From Okamejei kenojei (Eukaryota), in assembly GCA_035221665.1 (NCBI GenBank), contig CM069147.1:44888001-44952000 (forward strand): a stretch of 64,000 nucleotides of DNA. The letters are read 5' to 3'. The translations under genes and the position numbers were made by a program. The notes beneath the pieces were generated by a model, which saw only the letters and a list, made by a program, of their open reading frames with translations, ran no database searches and was not told the DNA's origin. How positions within the stretch are numbered: position 1 is the first letter of the stretch; each line of letters begins with the position of its first letter. Of this stretch, positions 52,261 to 64,000 are shown piece after piece.

Positions 52261-53319
52261 TTTCAAATCCATATTTGAGTGTTTCCATCTATCCCCAGAT
52301 AATTTAACAAAGTTATTTGTTTTAATTCCACAAACAACTTTCTTTCCCCCCCCCCCCCTCTCGATTTCAACCAATTGAGCAATAGGGTGATTTGATCCCA
52401 GGTCTCAGCAGAAGCCATGAGTTAAATGCCGGTGGTTGGGTGCAGGCGACCTGAGCTTGTGCCCTTTTCCTGATTGCATTTCATTTCACTTTCTCTGCTG
52501 CATCTCCCCAGGCCTCTTGGGCTTTACATCCGCGGGGAAAATGCAAGTGACTATTTAATTTGGGTCAAATGGATTTGTGGCTGCTGATTAATTTACTTAC
52601 TTTTTTCAGTGTTTCATGTACCTGTTCTGGGAGATGAAAATCCCACGGAAAGAAAGGAAGCATGCGTAGAATCTGCTCCGCTGGATTATGTGGCAATGTT
52701 GAAAAGGATCAGCAGTTGCAGATTTAGCTAACCCAGTTGCCATTTCTCCTACTCATTACTTGGAAGGAGGCCCCAATAACACCCTTCTCCCCTAGGGAAG
52801 TTGGAATATCACTGGCGATCTTGGAAAGATTAGATAAAAGCCACACAGCCAATAGTCATAACCTCGGAATTAATGAAGTGCTGCTTGTGATGCCAGGGTC
52901 TTTTGTCTACTAAACGCTCATGGAGCCTTTCATTCGGCATTGCCAAATAGTGCCCTTGAAACTAATTTCATATTTAGTGAAAAGATTACATGAAGCTTGG
53001 CAGTCTTTTCCAAGCACTGCACCGGTCTCATTTTTATTCTGATGCTAATGACTGGTGACCTGCGTTTTGCATGAAAATTGAGTGTTTTAATCCGCTGAAG
53101 TTTGAAGGCCTCTGCAGTCTCATAATCTGTCCTGTAGTTTGCTAACTTTTTTCTGCATTGTGATGACTGAGATTCAGAATTGCTTTTAGAGTTTAGTTTA
53201 GTTTACTGACCCCTGTACTGAGGTCCAGTAATTAGCTTTTATGTGACGTGCTATCCAGGCAGTAGAAAGCCCATACATGATTACACAGTCCACAGTGTAC
53301 AGATATTGGATAAAGGGAA

Positions 53320-53931
53320 GGTCCTCCAACGGGATCCCACCACTGGCCACATCTTCCCATCTCCTCCCCTCTCTGCTTTCCGCAGAGTCCTGTTCCCTCC
53401 GTAACTCCCTGGTCAATTCATCCCTTCCCACCCAAACCAGCCCCCTCTCTGGGCACTTTCCCTTGCAAACTGCAGGAAATGCTACACTTGTTGCGTTACC
53501 TCCCCCCTCGACTCCACCCAAACAGTCTTTCCAGGTGAGGCAGAGGTTCACCCTCACCTTCTCTAACCTCATCTACTACATCCACTGTTCCAGGTGTCAA
53601 CTTCTCTACATCGGTGAGATCAAGCGCAGACTTGGCGATCGCTTCGCCCAACACCTCCGCTCAGTTCGCAATAACCAACCTGATCTCCCAGTGGCTCAGC
53701 ACCTCAACTCCCCCTCCCATTCCGAATCCGCCCTTTCTGTCCTGGGCCTCCTCCATGGCCAGAGTGAGTCCCACCGCAAATTGGAGGAGCAGCACCTCAT
53801 ATTTTGCTTGGGTAGTTTCCACCGCTGGTGTGTAAACTACACAATTTCTATCCACAATTTCCGATAGTCCTTGCTTTCTCCTCCCCTTCCCAGCTCTCCC
53901 ACAAGCCTACTGTCTCTGCCTCTTCCTATCT

Positions 53932-53963
<32 letters not shown>

Positions 53964-54064
53964 ACATCAGTCTGAAGAAGGGTCTTGACCCGAAACGTCG
54001 CCTATTCCTTCTCTCCATATGTGCTGCCTCGCCCGCTAAATTTCTCCAGCATTTTGTCTACCTA
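53320..54064 (+). mobile_element. 5'-truncated Penelope-like element (GIY-YIG + pLTR hammerhead) with 12-bp TSD
   Basis: ORF 53277..53867 reads NLIYYIHCSRCQLLYIGEIKRRLGDRFAQH...EEQHLIF. TSD ggataaagggaa at 53308-53319 and 54065-54076. Confidence 0.93.
53970..54002 (+). ncRNA. Minimal PLE-type hammerhead ribozyme motif
   Basis: CUGAAGA (53972-53978), A, stem II GGGUC/GACCC, GAAAC (53992-53996), GUC triplet (53997-53999). Confidence 0.75.
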
Positions 54065-55164
54065 GGATAAAGGGAATACCATTTAGCGCAAGATAAAGTC
54101 CAGTAAAGTTTGATTAAAGATAGTCCATGGATCTCCAATGAAGCAGATGGTAGGATAGGACTGCTCTCTAGTTGGTGATAGGATGGTTCAGTTGGCTGAT
54201 AACAGTTGGAAAGGAACTGTCCCCGAATCTGGAGAGGTTCTCAATTACTTGTTCAGCAAATAGCTTTGGGAATTTGCCTTTGCGTTTTGTGAGCAGCAGT
54301 TAAAATAACATCGTCTGCTTTAAGCTTGGAGAATATCATGGGCTAATTAGTTTATGGAGTTGTCTTCCCAATTTCATACAAACCAAAATATCTTGTGTCC
54401 CATATAACAAGGCACATTTCATTTAGGTCAGATACTGTTTTTAAATCATAGTAAGGCGTCCTCCAGCCTTACTCCTTTTTGTTCTTCTAGTCAAATATGC
54501 TCTTTAACTAAATGTGATGATAATAAAATCTACTCCGATACATACAAGTGGATTTTACCTTCTTCAGCCTCTGTCACGTGATAGGTTTTGTGTTCTTCCT
54601 GATCCACCCAAAGATTATGATTAAATAAAATTGACGACTAACATGATTGGGGTGAAAATCAGCTCTGACCATCCAAGATCCCCAACATTTATTTCATTTG
54701 GACGGTAATATCCTCTCATATGAAGTGCAAACGTCAACATACAGAGTTGCAATATCTTGAAGAGTTCTTCATACTATTCCACCACAGTCACTTTTTAATT
54801 GTTGTTCAAGTTATGGTCAACCCAAGCTCATTCTTATAGTAGTGAAGCCCACAAAGAGTTGTCTTAACACTTCAAGGAGGCCCTTAAGTCTTTCTTATCC
54901 CAGACAGACTCCACACAGCCTTTCTCCTCCAGACCAGCTGCTTGCTGAAAGGCTGTCTTATCACAAGGATGCAGAGGGAGCTAATGTTTGGTTATGAACG
55001 CTGGACATTCATACCTCCCCTGCCAAGTGAATAGAAGTTTTTGGCAAATGTTACACCAGAATGTATTCTATGCATTCAGCATCTCCTAACACATAATCAC
55101 TCGTTCCGTTGGGAAAAGTGTTTTTTTTTTTCTAATCTGCTCGGCAACATTCTGATTATTATAA

Positions 55165-55615
55165 TCTGCTGAGAATACTGAAAGTACTCAGCAGCTCAGG
55201 CAGGAATTGTGAAGAGAGCAACAGTTTCAGATCTGCGACCTTTCATCAGAACTGGGAAAAGTTAGAGACACACGGTGCCAGGTTTTTAAGGCACTGCAAA
55301 AGGATGTGAAAAGGGTTGAAGGTGGGAGAGGTTGAATAACAAAAGGGATTATGTTAAAGCAGAAGATGGTGCAAGGTTGCTCCATCAGTGCGCTGTCATC
55401 CCCTTTGTCATTTAATTTCTCATGTCGTCAGCTTTAATACACACCTTCCCCTTTGTTCCTTCCTCCCTTTCCTTGTCCCTGTATCTTAAAAGCATGCGAC
55501 ATCTCCAACTTTATCCAGTTTTGATGGCAAAATCTCGGTCTGAAACATGAACTCTGTTTCTCCCTCCACAGATGTTGCCTGGACTGCCGAGTATGTCACG
55601 TGTTTTCTGCTCCCA
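55165..55615. mobile_element. Old fold-back PLE remnant
   Basis: tactcagcagctcaggcagg...ctttcatcagaactgg on the left; ccagttttgatgg...ctgaaaca...ccacagatgttgcctg on the right. Confidence 0.65.
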
Positions 55616-55907
55616 TTTTGGTCAAGAAGCATCCTTTTGATTGTTTGAGACAAATGTTATGCAACTGTATTTGAATTCCATTTGAAGGGTAAAAACCCTT
55701 TCTTAAAATATTTTTCAGTTCAGTAATTTGCCCCTGTTCAACATTATATGCATGGTGAGCATACAGGCCTGCTTACCGCATGGCATGTTATGTTGAATTC
55801 ATTTAGATATGGGTGTATTTGGTACAACTTATCTGTTATATTCTGATTGTTCAAATAGCAGTATTTTCTGAACTTTTAATTACTTTGAGGATACAATACT
55901 CGCATGT

Positions 55908-56100
55908 GCAGGTAGGAACTGCAGATGCAATCTGAAAAAGGGTCTTGGCCTGAGACATCATCCATTCCTCTCCAAAGAAGGAACTGCAGATGCTGGATTA
56001 CACCAAAGATAGACACAAAATGCTGGAGTAACTCAGCAAGTCAGGCAGCATCTGTGAGAAAAGGAATTGGTGACCATTTGGGTCGAGACCCTTCTTCAGA
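55908..56100 (-). mobile_element. PLE tail fragments
   Basis: gaaggaactgcagatgctgg...ggtcgagacccttcttcaga. Confidence 0.85.
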
Positions 56101-56206
56101 ATGCCAAGTTTTGTTTTGAATATAAGATTGTATCGAAGTTTTGGATGAGTCTTAGTGTGAGAGCGGTTGGCTTTACATGTCATGAGAAAGCATTTGCCTA
56201 TGATCC

Positions 56207-56296
56207 GTCTGAAGAAGGGTCTCGACCCGAAACATCGCCTATCTCCTTCGCTCCTTAGATGCTGCTGCACCCGTTGAGTTTCTCCAGCCTTTTATG
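56207..56296 (+). mobile_element. 90-bp PLE micro-insertion consisting of a hammerhead plus tail, with 12-bp TSD
   Basis: Starts gtCTGAAGAagggtctcgacccGAAACatc. tgcctatgatcc is duplicated at 56195-56206 and 56297-56308. Confidence 0.9.
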
Positions 56297-57556
56297 TGCC
56301 TATGATCCATGCCAGGTTGAGGAATTCCAACCACTGACAGATTTAAAGGTGATGAATCTTTAGACTTCTGAAACCAATATTCCACTTCGGTGACACCCAC
56401 TGAACGTCAACTAGAGGAGGATCACATTTTGTGTCTAATTGCTTTGAAGCATTTTTGCCCTCAGTTACATCAAAGCCATGGCAAGGTCAACTTTTATTTG
56501 GCATATGGGAATTGCCTTCATCAGAGCTCTAATTTGTATCGTAAAACCTGTTACAAAGATCTTCTCAGGAAGACCACCAAGCTTTGGTCCCAACTGTAAA
56601 AAGATAAGGTGGATCATTTAACAAGGCATCTTCAGCATGCCTGGTTGATTCTCTCGAAAGCAGAATACAGAATTACACTTTCCCGCTTTGAGACAAAGCA
56701 AAGATTTAGGCGATCTCCTTGTGATATTCTAGTTATTTGGTTAATCACAGGTGAAACCAACACAACCTTTCTTCTAAGAGGGAAGTGGCCTTTGGCGTGG
56801 AATATATTGTTAATTCTAGATGGGAGCTTCTCAACAGCTTAGTCGTGAAGAAGGAAGAATTTTGGTTGATTTTTAACTTAAAAAGAAAAATATATGTATA
56901 GTATGTGATTAGCCGTTCAAAGTTGGTGTTCATCTGATTGCAGAAATGCTGGTGCACCAGTGTGCAATGTAGTACTTTGGTGCTTGTAAAATTGGGAGAA
57001 TTTAAACTGAAATATATCTGCATTATTTGCTTTATTTCCAAGTTTCATATTGTATGCATGGGTGGGGAAGCTTCCAAATGACTGGAATGCAGTTGGAAGG
57101 ACAGTATACTCCTTGCACAGGGGGTAATGCTTACCCAGAGTGGAAGAGGTTGGTTGAGGTGAGGAAAGATAATATTTCACGTTGCCTGTGAAATTGACCA
57201 GGTACATGGATCTTAATTTATATGTACAGTTCCAAGTTTGAGTTGCTCAAACAATAACTACTCAGCTAACTTATATTAATTATATTCCATTAGATACCTG
57301 TATGATATCTACCAAAGATCTCCTGAATTTGTTTTCTGACCAGGATCCACCCATTTCCCTTTGCATATCTTCCTGATTTTATCTTTCTCTCTTTAAATAA
57401 AGACGTGGAGATTCATTTGTAAAACACGGAACACAACGTTTTTATCAAAATCACGGCAGCTTTCTTGTGAACTGGTACATTTCCAGGACTGCATTTGGTT
57501 TGTGGCAAAGAGCACTACAGCAGAGCAAGAAAAGAAAGAAGGAAGGAAGAGGATAC

Positions 57557-57740
57557 GTGTAGGAAGAAACTGCAGATGCTGGTTTAAACCGGAGATGGAC
57601 ATAAAATGCAGGTGTAACTCAGCGGGACAGGCAGGCAGCATCTCTGGAGAGAAGGAATGGGTGACATTTCGGTTCGAGGCCCTTTTTCAGTCTTCCTTCT
57701 CTCCAGAAATGCTGCTTGTTACTCCAGCATTCTGTGTTTT
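57557..57740. mobile_element. Fold-back PLE fragment
   Basis: Antisense arm to ~57692, then a sense arm ccttctctccagaaatgctgc. Confidence 0.8.
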
Positions 57741-58264
57741 TCGTAAGGAAGTGGAACTGGACTCGCAGCAAAATTGCCCACGGTGGTCTACCGATGGCCG
57801 TATGGTCAACCCTGTGAAAAACTTTCACTTCAGGCTCATTCAACCCGACGGAGCCTGGAAATTCTCCTTTTCATTCACCGTATGAGATTTAACATTCTAT
57901 GAACCAGAAGTGCAAGGAAGTTGGCCGGTTTCCCTCATATGATTTCCCTTAACCAACCGCTGTATTTACACAGGAAACTCGTTTTTCAGTGGAATAAGAT
58001 CTATTTTTAACCTGTGAAAGACCATTCATTCTCCACTCTTGTAACTTGAGCAAATAGGTGAAAGTCCATCTAATGAAGCAGAAATTATATAACGCGTTAT
58101 TATTGCAGTGTAAACCTTTGTCATTGCCACAGTATTGAAGAGCAGAGATATATCATTTCTACCATTTTTGCACTGGCCACTGAGTTGAGGTTGACAAGTA
58201 AAATAGTCATTTACAGTGCAGTTGCGTATTTTGGATCCCAAATTGTATGAATTTGTGTGGCTTA

Positions 58265-58442
58265 TTGTCAGCTCTGCCTTCTCATTTTCACACCTTGTCT
58301 CGTTTTCACACCTTACCCTTCCTTATCCATCTCCTGGCTCTCAGTCTGAAGAAGGGTCTCGACCCGTAACATCACCCATTCCTTCTAATCCAGAGATGCT
58401 GCCTGTCCCACTGAGTTACTCCAGCATTTTGTGTCAATCTTC
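58265..58442 (+). mobile_element. PLE 3' fragment with mutated hammerhead (GAAAC changed to GTAAC)
   Basis: cagtctgaagaagggtctcgacccgtaacatcacccattcc. Confidence 0.85.
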
Positions 58443-60199
58443 TGCCTTTTATGACTTTCTTAATCTCTGGGCTCAGTGCTGCAACAAGGTTGCCTAAACA
58501 AATATTCTTTTGAATCAAACATGATTTAGTTACTTCATGGAGAGAGAGTGGGTCTCGGTCTGCCCTGCTTTAATGTTGCACACAACTCTATCTCTGTCAC
58601 TATTGCCCCAGGTAGTGTTACTCATTCATTGGCATGAAAGTGCTTCAGAATATATTCCTTTCTTGGTTTTAAATCTCTGTGTCCAATGTAAAGTAAGCTA
58701 TATATCTTATTAAATGGTACAATTACAATGCCTGTATATTTTGCAATGTAAGTTGGAGGAGTTGTGTCAGCTGCCGAGGGGGGTAGAGTTTACACTCCAG
58801 CCTGTCACAAAAAGTCCAGGTCTCAGCGCCACTCAAAATGCTTTTACACACATTGAACACACTTTCAAAACATCCAAAAGGGTTTCTAAACATTCCTCAG
58901 AGTTATTTCTGTACAAAGGTACAGGAAACGACTTCCTGAGTCATGTGCTGCACTGAAGTAGGCCCCGTGCCAAATCCTATTTTAGTTTGTGGTACAGGTT
59001 ACAAGTACTCAGGTGCAACAAACATTGGCAAAGCGAATTGGGCCTAGGGCAGACAAAGGATAGGCAGTGAGCCACTTGCATTCAGTTAACTGCTCAGCTC
59101 TCAATAGTAAATGTAATAAGCCTGGGGCTCATCTTATCTGACAGCTTGACATGAAAACCAGTCCATAACCTGCAAATAAATGGAATATGCAAATTAAACT
59201 TTAACATGTCGACGTGCTCAGTGTCAGCGCCGGGTTATCTGTGTGTCTCTCTGTGTGTCAATGTCTGTCTGCCTGTCTATTTATCAATTTATCATTGATC
59301 TATCTATTTACCTGTTTATTTATTTAACTTTCTTTTCTTGTTCTGATGTTTCTATGCTAGTCCAGAATTTGGACCTATTTGTGCCAATTTCTACGTATAT
59401 AAATAATGGGCGAGAATTGTTTTGTGTACGGTCAGAAATATTAAAGTCTCTTTCCTGTTGATCTCCCATCCTGTGAGAAATTGGACTTGGCACGTCCGCT
59501 CACAATTCACCTCAGCTGAGGCATGATTTATCCATCGTATTTTGCACACTAGGACATTGATTTTACATTCCTTAACCCCCATGTATTCATTTTCAGGCGC
59601 TGCCCTTAAGCATGGAGCAGCAATGCATCATTCTGCGGTGAACTTCAGTGCGAGTTGCTTCAATACATGGCCTTGCCAGTCAGCACATTGAACGTCTGTG
59701 CGACTCTGTAGCCTGGGGCGAAGGGTCTTACCGGGAGTCCAGTGTGTCATTCTGCATTCCCCTCTCTCCAGTTCCCCCCCTTGCCCTGAATTCCCCCCTC
59801 TCCTGTTCCCTCACCTCCTCCCACTTTTGCCCCTTCCCCTCCTTGTATCCAACCTCCCCTTGGCAGCAGCGTTGATGCTGTGAACACTAACTGAGTTAAA
59901 CCACACCTCAGCAGGCAGCTTGCAAATGACATGCGGGCAACAATCTCCACAGACTGCTGCAGCCTTCGTACGCGCAGGTCACCTTTCAACACCTCCGGGC
60001 TGGGGAAAACCACAAAAGTGGTTTAAATTAAAGCAAGAACCCCCCCCCCCCCCCCAATTTTGCCTGTTTATTTTTGCAACTCCTAATATGGTTGCAGGTT
60101 AAAACACAGCACCCATTGAATGTACTGATCGAAGTTGTAAACAATTTCTGGGTAGCGAACCCACTGGCAGTTCTTGATTGTAATGCGAATCAAAAGTCT

Positions 60200-60555
60200 T
60201 AGGTAGAGTGGATGTGGAGAGGATTTCCACAAGTGGGAGAGTCTAGGGCTAGAGGTCATAGCCACAAAATTATAGGATGTCCCTTTAGGAAGGAGTTGAG
60301 GAGGAGTTGATATTTAGTCAGACGGTAGTGAATCTATGGAATACTTTGCCACAAAAGGCTGTGGAGGCCAAGTCAATGGATATTTTTAAGGCAGAGATAG
60401 ATGGACTCTTGATTAGAACAGGTGTCAGAGGTTATGGAGAGAAGGCAGAAGAATGGGGTTAGGAGGAAGCGATAGATCAGCCATGATTGAATGGTGGAGG
60501 AGACTTGATGGGCCAAATGGCCTAATTCTGCACCTATGACATATGACCTTAAGAC
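60200..60555 (+). mobile_element. CR1-type LINE 3' end
   Basis: Colinear with 27231-27595. Confidence 0.87.
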
Positions 60556-60734
60556 CTAATCCTGAGGAATTAATGCAGTGTCCGCAGGAATGTATGGGAG
60601 TTCCTTTCCAGTGTGGGATAACTGTAATTCATTAATATTCATTTATCATTAAAATGTATGCTGCACTGCCTAAACAGCAAATATGTCCTTCCTCTAATTG
60701 GTCTCCTAATTTGAGGAAGGACATCCTTGCTATT

Positions 60735-61203
60735 GAGGCAGTGCAGCATAGGATATGAGGAAGGATTTGAAAGACTGGGCTTGTGTTCACTAGAATTTAG
60801 AAGGATGAGAGGGGATCTTATGGAAAAGTATAACATTATAAAAGGACTGGAAAAGCTAGATGCAGGAAAAATGTTCCCAATGTTGGGGGAATCAGGGGCC
60901 ACAGTCTAAGAATAAAGGGGAGGCCATTTAAAACTGAGACGAGAAGAAACGTTTTCACCCCAGAGAGTCGTGAATTTGTGGAATTCTCTGCCACAGAAGG
61001 CAGTGGAGGCCAATTCACTGGATGAATTTTAAAGAGAGTTAGATAGAGTTCTCGGGGCTTGCGGAATCAAGGGATATGGAGAGAAGGCAGGTACAGATTA
61101 CTGATTGTGGATGATCAGCCACGATCACAATGAATGGCGATGCTGGCTCGAAGGGCCAAATGGCCTCCTCCTGCACCTATTTTCTATTTCTATGTTTCTA
61201 TGT
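60735..61203 (+). mobile_element. CR1 LINE 3' fragment
   Basis: ORF YEEGFERLGLCSLEFRRMRGDLMEKYNIIKGLEKLDAGKMFP and a (tttctatg)n tail. Confidence 0.9.
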
Positions 61204-61399
61204 AAGCACAATGACAATTTACAATCTGACCACATTTATTAAAGTAAATTGAACAAGTATGTTGGCTTAATGAATCCCATATGCAGTAGAAACGACATAG
61301 TTATCAGTTGATTATTTTGTGAATTGTTGAGAACTTCTGAAATAATAAAGTTCATTTTCATAAACGGTTGGTTAAAATTTAGCAGCAAATCAGAGGCAA

Positions 61400-61645
61400 T
61401 TCCAGCGATATGAACATTGACCTCTCCAATTTCAGGTAGTCCTTGCTTTCTCCCTCGTTCCCTTCCCCTTCCCAGGTCTCCCACAGACTACGGTCTCTGC
61501 CTCTTCCTTTCTTTCTCCCCCCGACATCAGTCTGAAGAAGGGTCTCGACCCGAAACGTCGACTATTTCTTCGCTTCATAGATGCTACCTCACCTGCTCCA
61601 GTTTTTTTTTTAAGAAAGAACTGCAGATGCTGGAAAAATCGAAGG
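61400..61645 (+). mobile_element. PLE 3' end (GIY-YIG C-terminus, hammerhead 61532-61559, short inverted tail)
   Basis: atgaacattgacctctccaatttcaggtag (MNIDLSNFR*), then CTGAAGAAGGGTCTCGACCCGAAACGTC. Confidence 0.88.
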
Positions 61646-62179
61646 TGATACTTTTGCTTTTTACTGCCTTAGTACAAAGGAAAAGTCAGTTTCTGAAGAT
61701 TTTTTAAATTAGTAAACGTACTATCATATACATGTAATTTTATGTTGGTGGCCTTGGCCAGTCAGTTGCACGCATTCAAGTGAAGCATTATTTGGTTTGT
61801 TTCGGCAGCCATCTTTATTCTATTTTTTCCTGAGCATCACGCTGTCATTTCCAGCACTTACACAAAGGTGCGAATGCAAGTAATTTTTTCTTCTAACGAG
61901 TTTAATTTACCTGCAGAGCTAATTGGTGTCAGAGGAGGTATTTCCCCAGCTGATGGCATGGAACCATTGTTAACCTTGCATTGGGTACAGAAAGAAATTC
62001 AGAGATAATGTTGTCTTGGATTTTTTTTTTCCATGAGTTTATCGCATTCAGTGTTCAGTTTGTGCAAAGTGTACATAAAGGCTTTAACATTTACAAAGTT
62101 GAGCAAGAAATACCATTGATTTTTCAGCTTTCATCCTTTAAGTTAGTTGTCCTTTTTCAAAAGTAATGTTTTTTATATA

Positions 62180-62835
62180 AGGTTATAAGTGATAGAAGCA
62201 GCATTAGGCCATTCGGCCCATTAAGTCTACTCTGCCATTCAATCATGGCTAATCAATTCAACCATATGTTACACAATGAACAGGAGAGTATCTGAAGATA
62301 GACACAGTACAATGGAGTAACTCAGCGAGACAGGCAGCATCTCTGGAAAGCAGGAATGGGTGGCGTTTCGGGTCGAGACACTTCTTCAGACTGAGAATCG
62401 GTGGAGGGCGAGACTAATGACGATGACAGACATTTCTGCCTCAAGAAATTGACTACAGAGTCTTCTGGGCAGAACTCATACAAGCAAGGGACTGTTGTAA
62501 TTCAGTCTGCACACCCACAACCTTTGTTGTTTATGTGTAGGAAGGAACTGCAGATGCTGGTTTAAACCAAAGTTAGACACAAAATGCTGGAGTAACTCAA
62601 CAGGACAGGCAACATCTCTGGAGAGAAGGAATGGGTGACGTTTTGGGTCGAGATCCTTCTTCAGTCACAAGAACCAAAGGAGAGTGAAGACAATTTGTAG
62701 GTCTCATCATTTCCATCAGCTCATAAAGTCAAAGAAGCAGAAGTAGGCCCATTGGGTCCACACCATTCAATCAAGGCTGATCTATCTTTCCCTCTCAACC
62801 CCATTCTCCTGCCTTCTCCCCATAACCTCTGACAC
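62180..62835 (-). mobile_element. Cluster of CR1 tails (62180-62250, 62720-62835) and PLE fragments (62292-62395, 62535-62664)
   Basis: Same motifs as the other copies. Confidence 0.8.
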
Positions 62836-63004
62836 CCGGTCCCCTCTCCTCTCCACTCTTTTTTCCCTGATTACCATGGAAACCTATGTGGCTTCATGGA
62901 GAGTTCACCATCAATATAGGCGGCACCTTGGCACAGCCGGTTGAGTTGCTGCCTCAGCACCAGGGAGCCAATGCTTCCAGCATTTTCCGTTTAAAATTTC
63001 AGGT

Positions 63005-63265
63005 AATCAGGCAACTGAATGGTGTGTAGATCAGCTAGAGTGTTGTCCTGACTTCCCATCTACCTCATTGGAGCCCTTAGAACTATCTTTAATTGGACTT
63101 TATCAAACTTTATATTGCACTGAATGTTGTACTCTGTATCCTTTATCTGTACACTGTTAATAGCTTGATTGTAATTTGTCTGACTAGATAGCATGCACAC
63201 AAAAGCTTTTCACTGTACCTCGGTACACGTGGCAATAATTATAATAAGCTAAAATGAACTAAAGA
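63005..63265 (+). mobile_element. LINE 3' end (Rex-Babar-like)
   Basis: caaaagcttttcactgtacctcggtacacgtggcaataa; reverse complement of 31030-31150 and 53185-54240. Confidence 0.65.
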
Positions 63266-63919
63266 GTGGTTATTGCAGTAAAGATATTCCCACAGTACTA
63301 TTTGAAAAGCCTTTCAGGATTCTGATATTGAAACCCAGCAACAATGGCAGCGAGGGAATATATTTCTATGTTAGGAAGGGGAACTTGTAGATGGCGGTGT
63401 TCCCATGCATCTGCTGTCCTTGGCCTTGTGATAGTTGGGGGTAGGGGGTGAGAAGGTTCAGAGAAGAAACTGTGAAAGATAGCTAGCACACATTGCGATA
63501 AATGAGAGATTAATGTTTTGTATAATAACCAGCACAGTGCTGGCTGATTAGGGTATCTTAGTCATTATTAATGTCTCTCCATAAAGAATTAATGTCTATC
63601 CATTGCAATAAATTGGGAAATTTGAAGGAAAGTACAACAAAACAATTTCTATTAACTGATCAATATTAAAGCTCATTGAGTATTACATTAAATCATCTCT
63701 GCCTGATTACACCTACTTTTTTCTCATCCTTCATTGGTATCCTTCATTGGCATCCCTTCCTGCGTCTTTTTTTTAAATCAAGAAACCTATCTGGATCCCT
63801 GCAGAACACATCTGGTTGCAGACCTCCAGTTAGAAAAACACCCCTCCTCAACTACCCTCTGAGTTCTATGTCCAATTTTGTATGCTATCTATCGGGTTGC
63901 CATGAACCCCATCTAATTT

Positions 63920-64000
63920 AGCCATGGTAGCCTGATCCAAAAGGTTGAATTGCATGGGATCCATGAAGGGTTGATAGATTGCATTCAACATCGGACAAGG
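63920..64000 (+). mobile_element. CR1 RT fragment running off the window
   Basis: Translates HGSLIQKVELHGIHEGLIDCIQH, resembling the CR1 RT motif PHxxLxxKxxxHGIxGxxxxWI. Confidence 0.6.

Larger units (their letters stand above)
53185..54240 (-). mobile_element. LINE 3' end (Rex-Babar-like) split by a PLE insertion
   Basis: 53185-53319 and 54065-54240 join into one sequence colinear with the reverse complement of 63005-63265. Confidence 0.7.

Noticed and set aside
13386-60056. Scattered poly-G/poly-C runs as functional G-quadruplex elements
   Set aside because: They occur throughout the window, often inside repeats, and homopolymer lengths are unreliable in assemblies.

Overview
Non-coding vertebrate genomic DNA, most likely from a cartilaginous fish (skate/ray-like). 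This is inferred from the repeats: HE1-type V-SINEs, CR1-type LINE tails, and many short Penelope-like (PLE) fragments carrying minimal hammerhead motifs. I found no recognisable host protein-coding exon. About 1.6-17.6 kb has no interspersed repeats I can recognise. It contains a small ZNF143-motif promoter (~1.7 kb), a large CpG/GA-rich promoter region (~7.3-10.6 kb, with a 179-N gap) and candidate non-coding exons on the + strand. The rest looks like a long, repeat-rich intron with possible conserved non-coding elements. The only ORFs with recognisable protein similarity come from transposons: PLE GIY-YIG, CR1 reverse transcriptase, and a zinc-finger remnant of an RLE-type LINE. The most interesting signal is a ~500-nt non-autonomous element (47436-48011, - strand) bounded by direct repeats. 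Its 3' region contains all hammerhead ribozyme core segments in a non-circularly permuted (pseudoknotted) order, and its 5' end lies 13 nt from the predicted cleavage site. Repeat family names are from recall and approximate boundaries are by eye; both need confirmation with RepeatMasker/Dfam.
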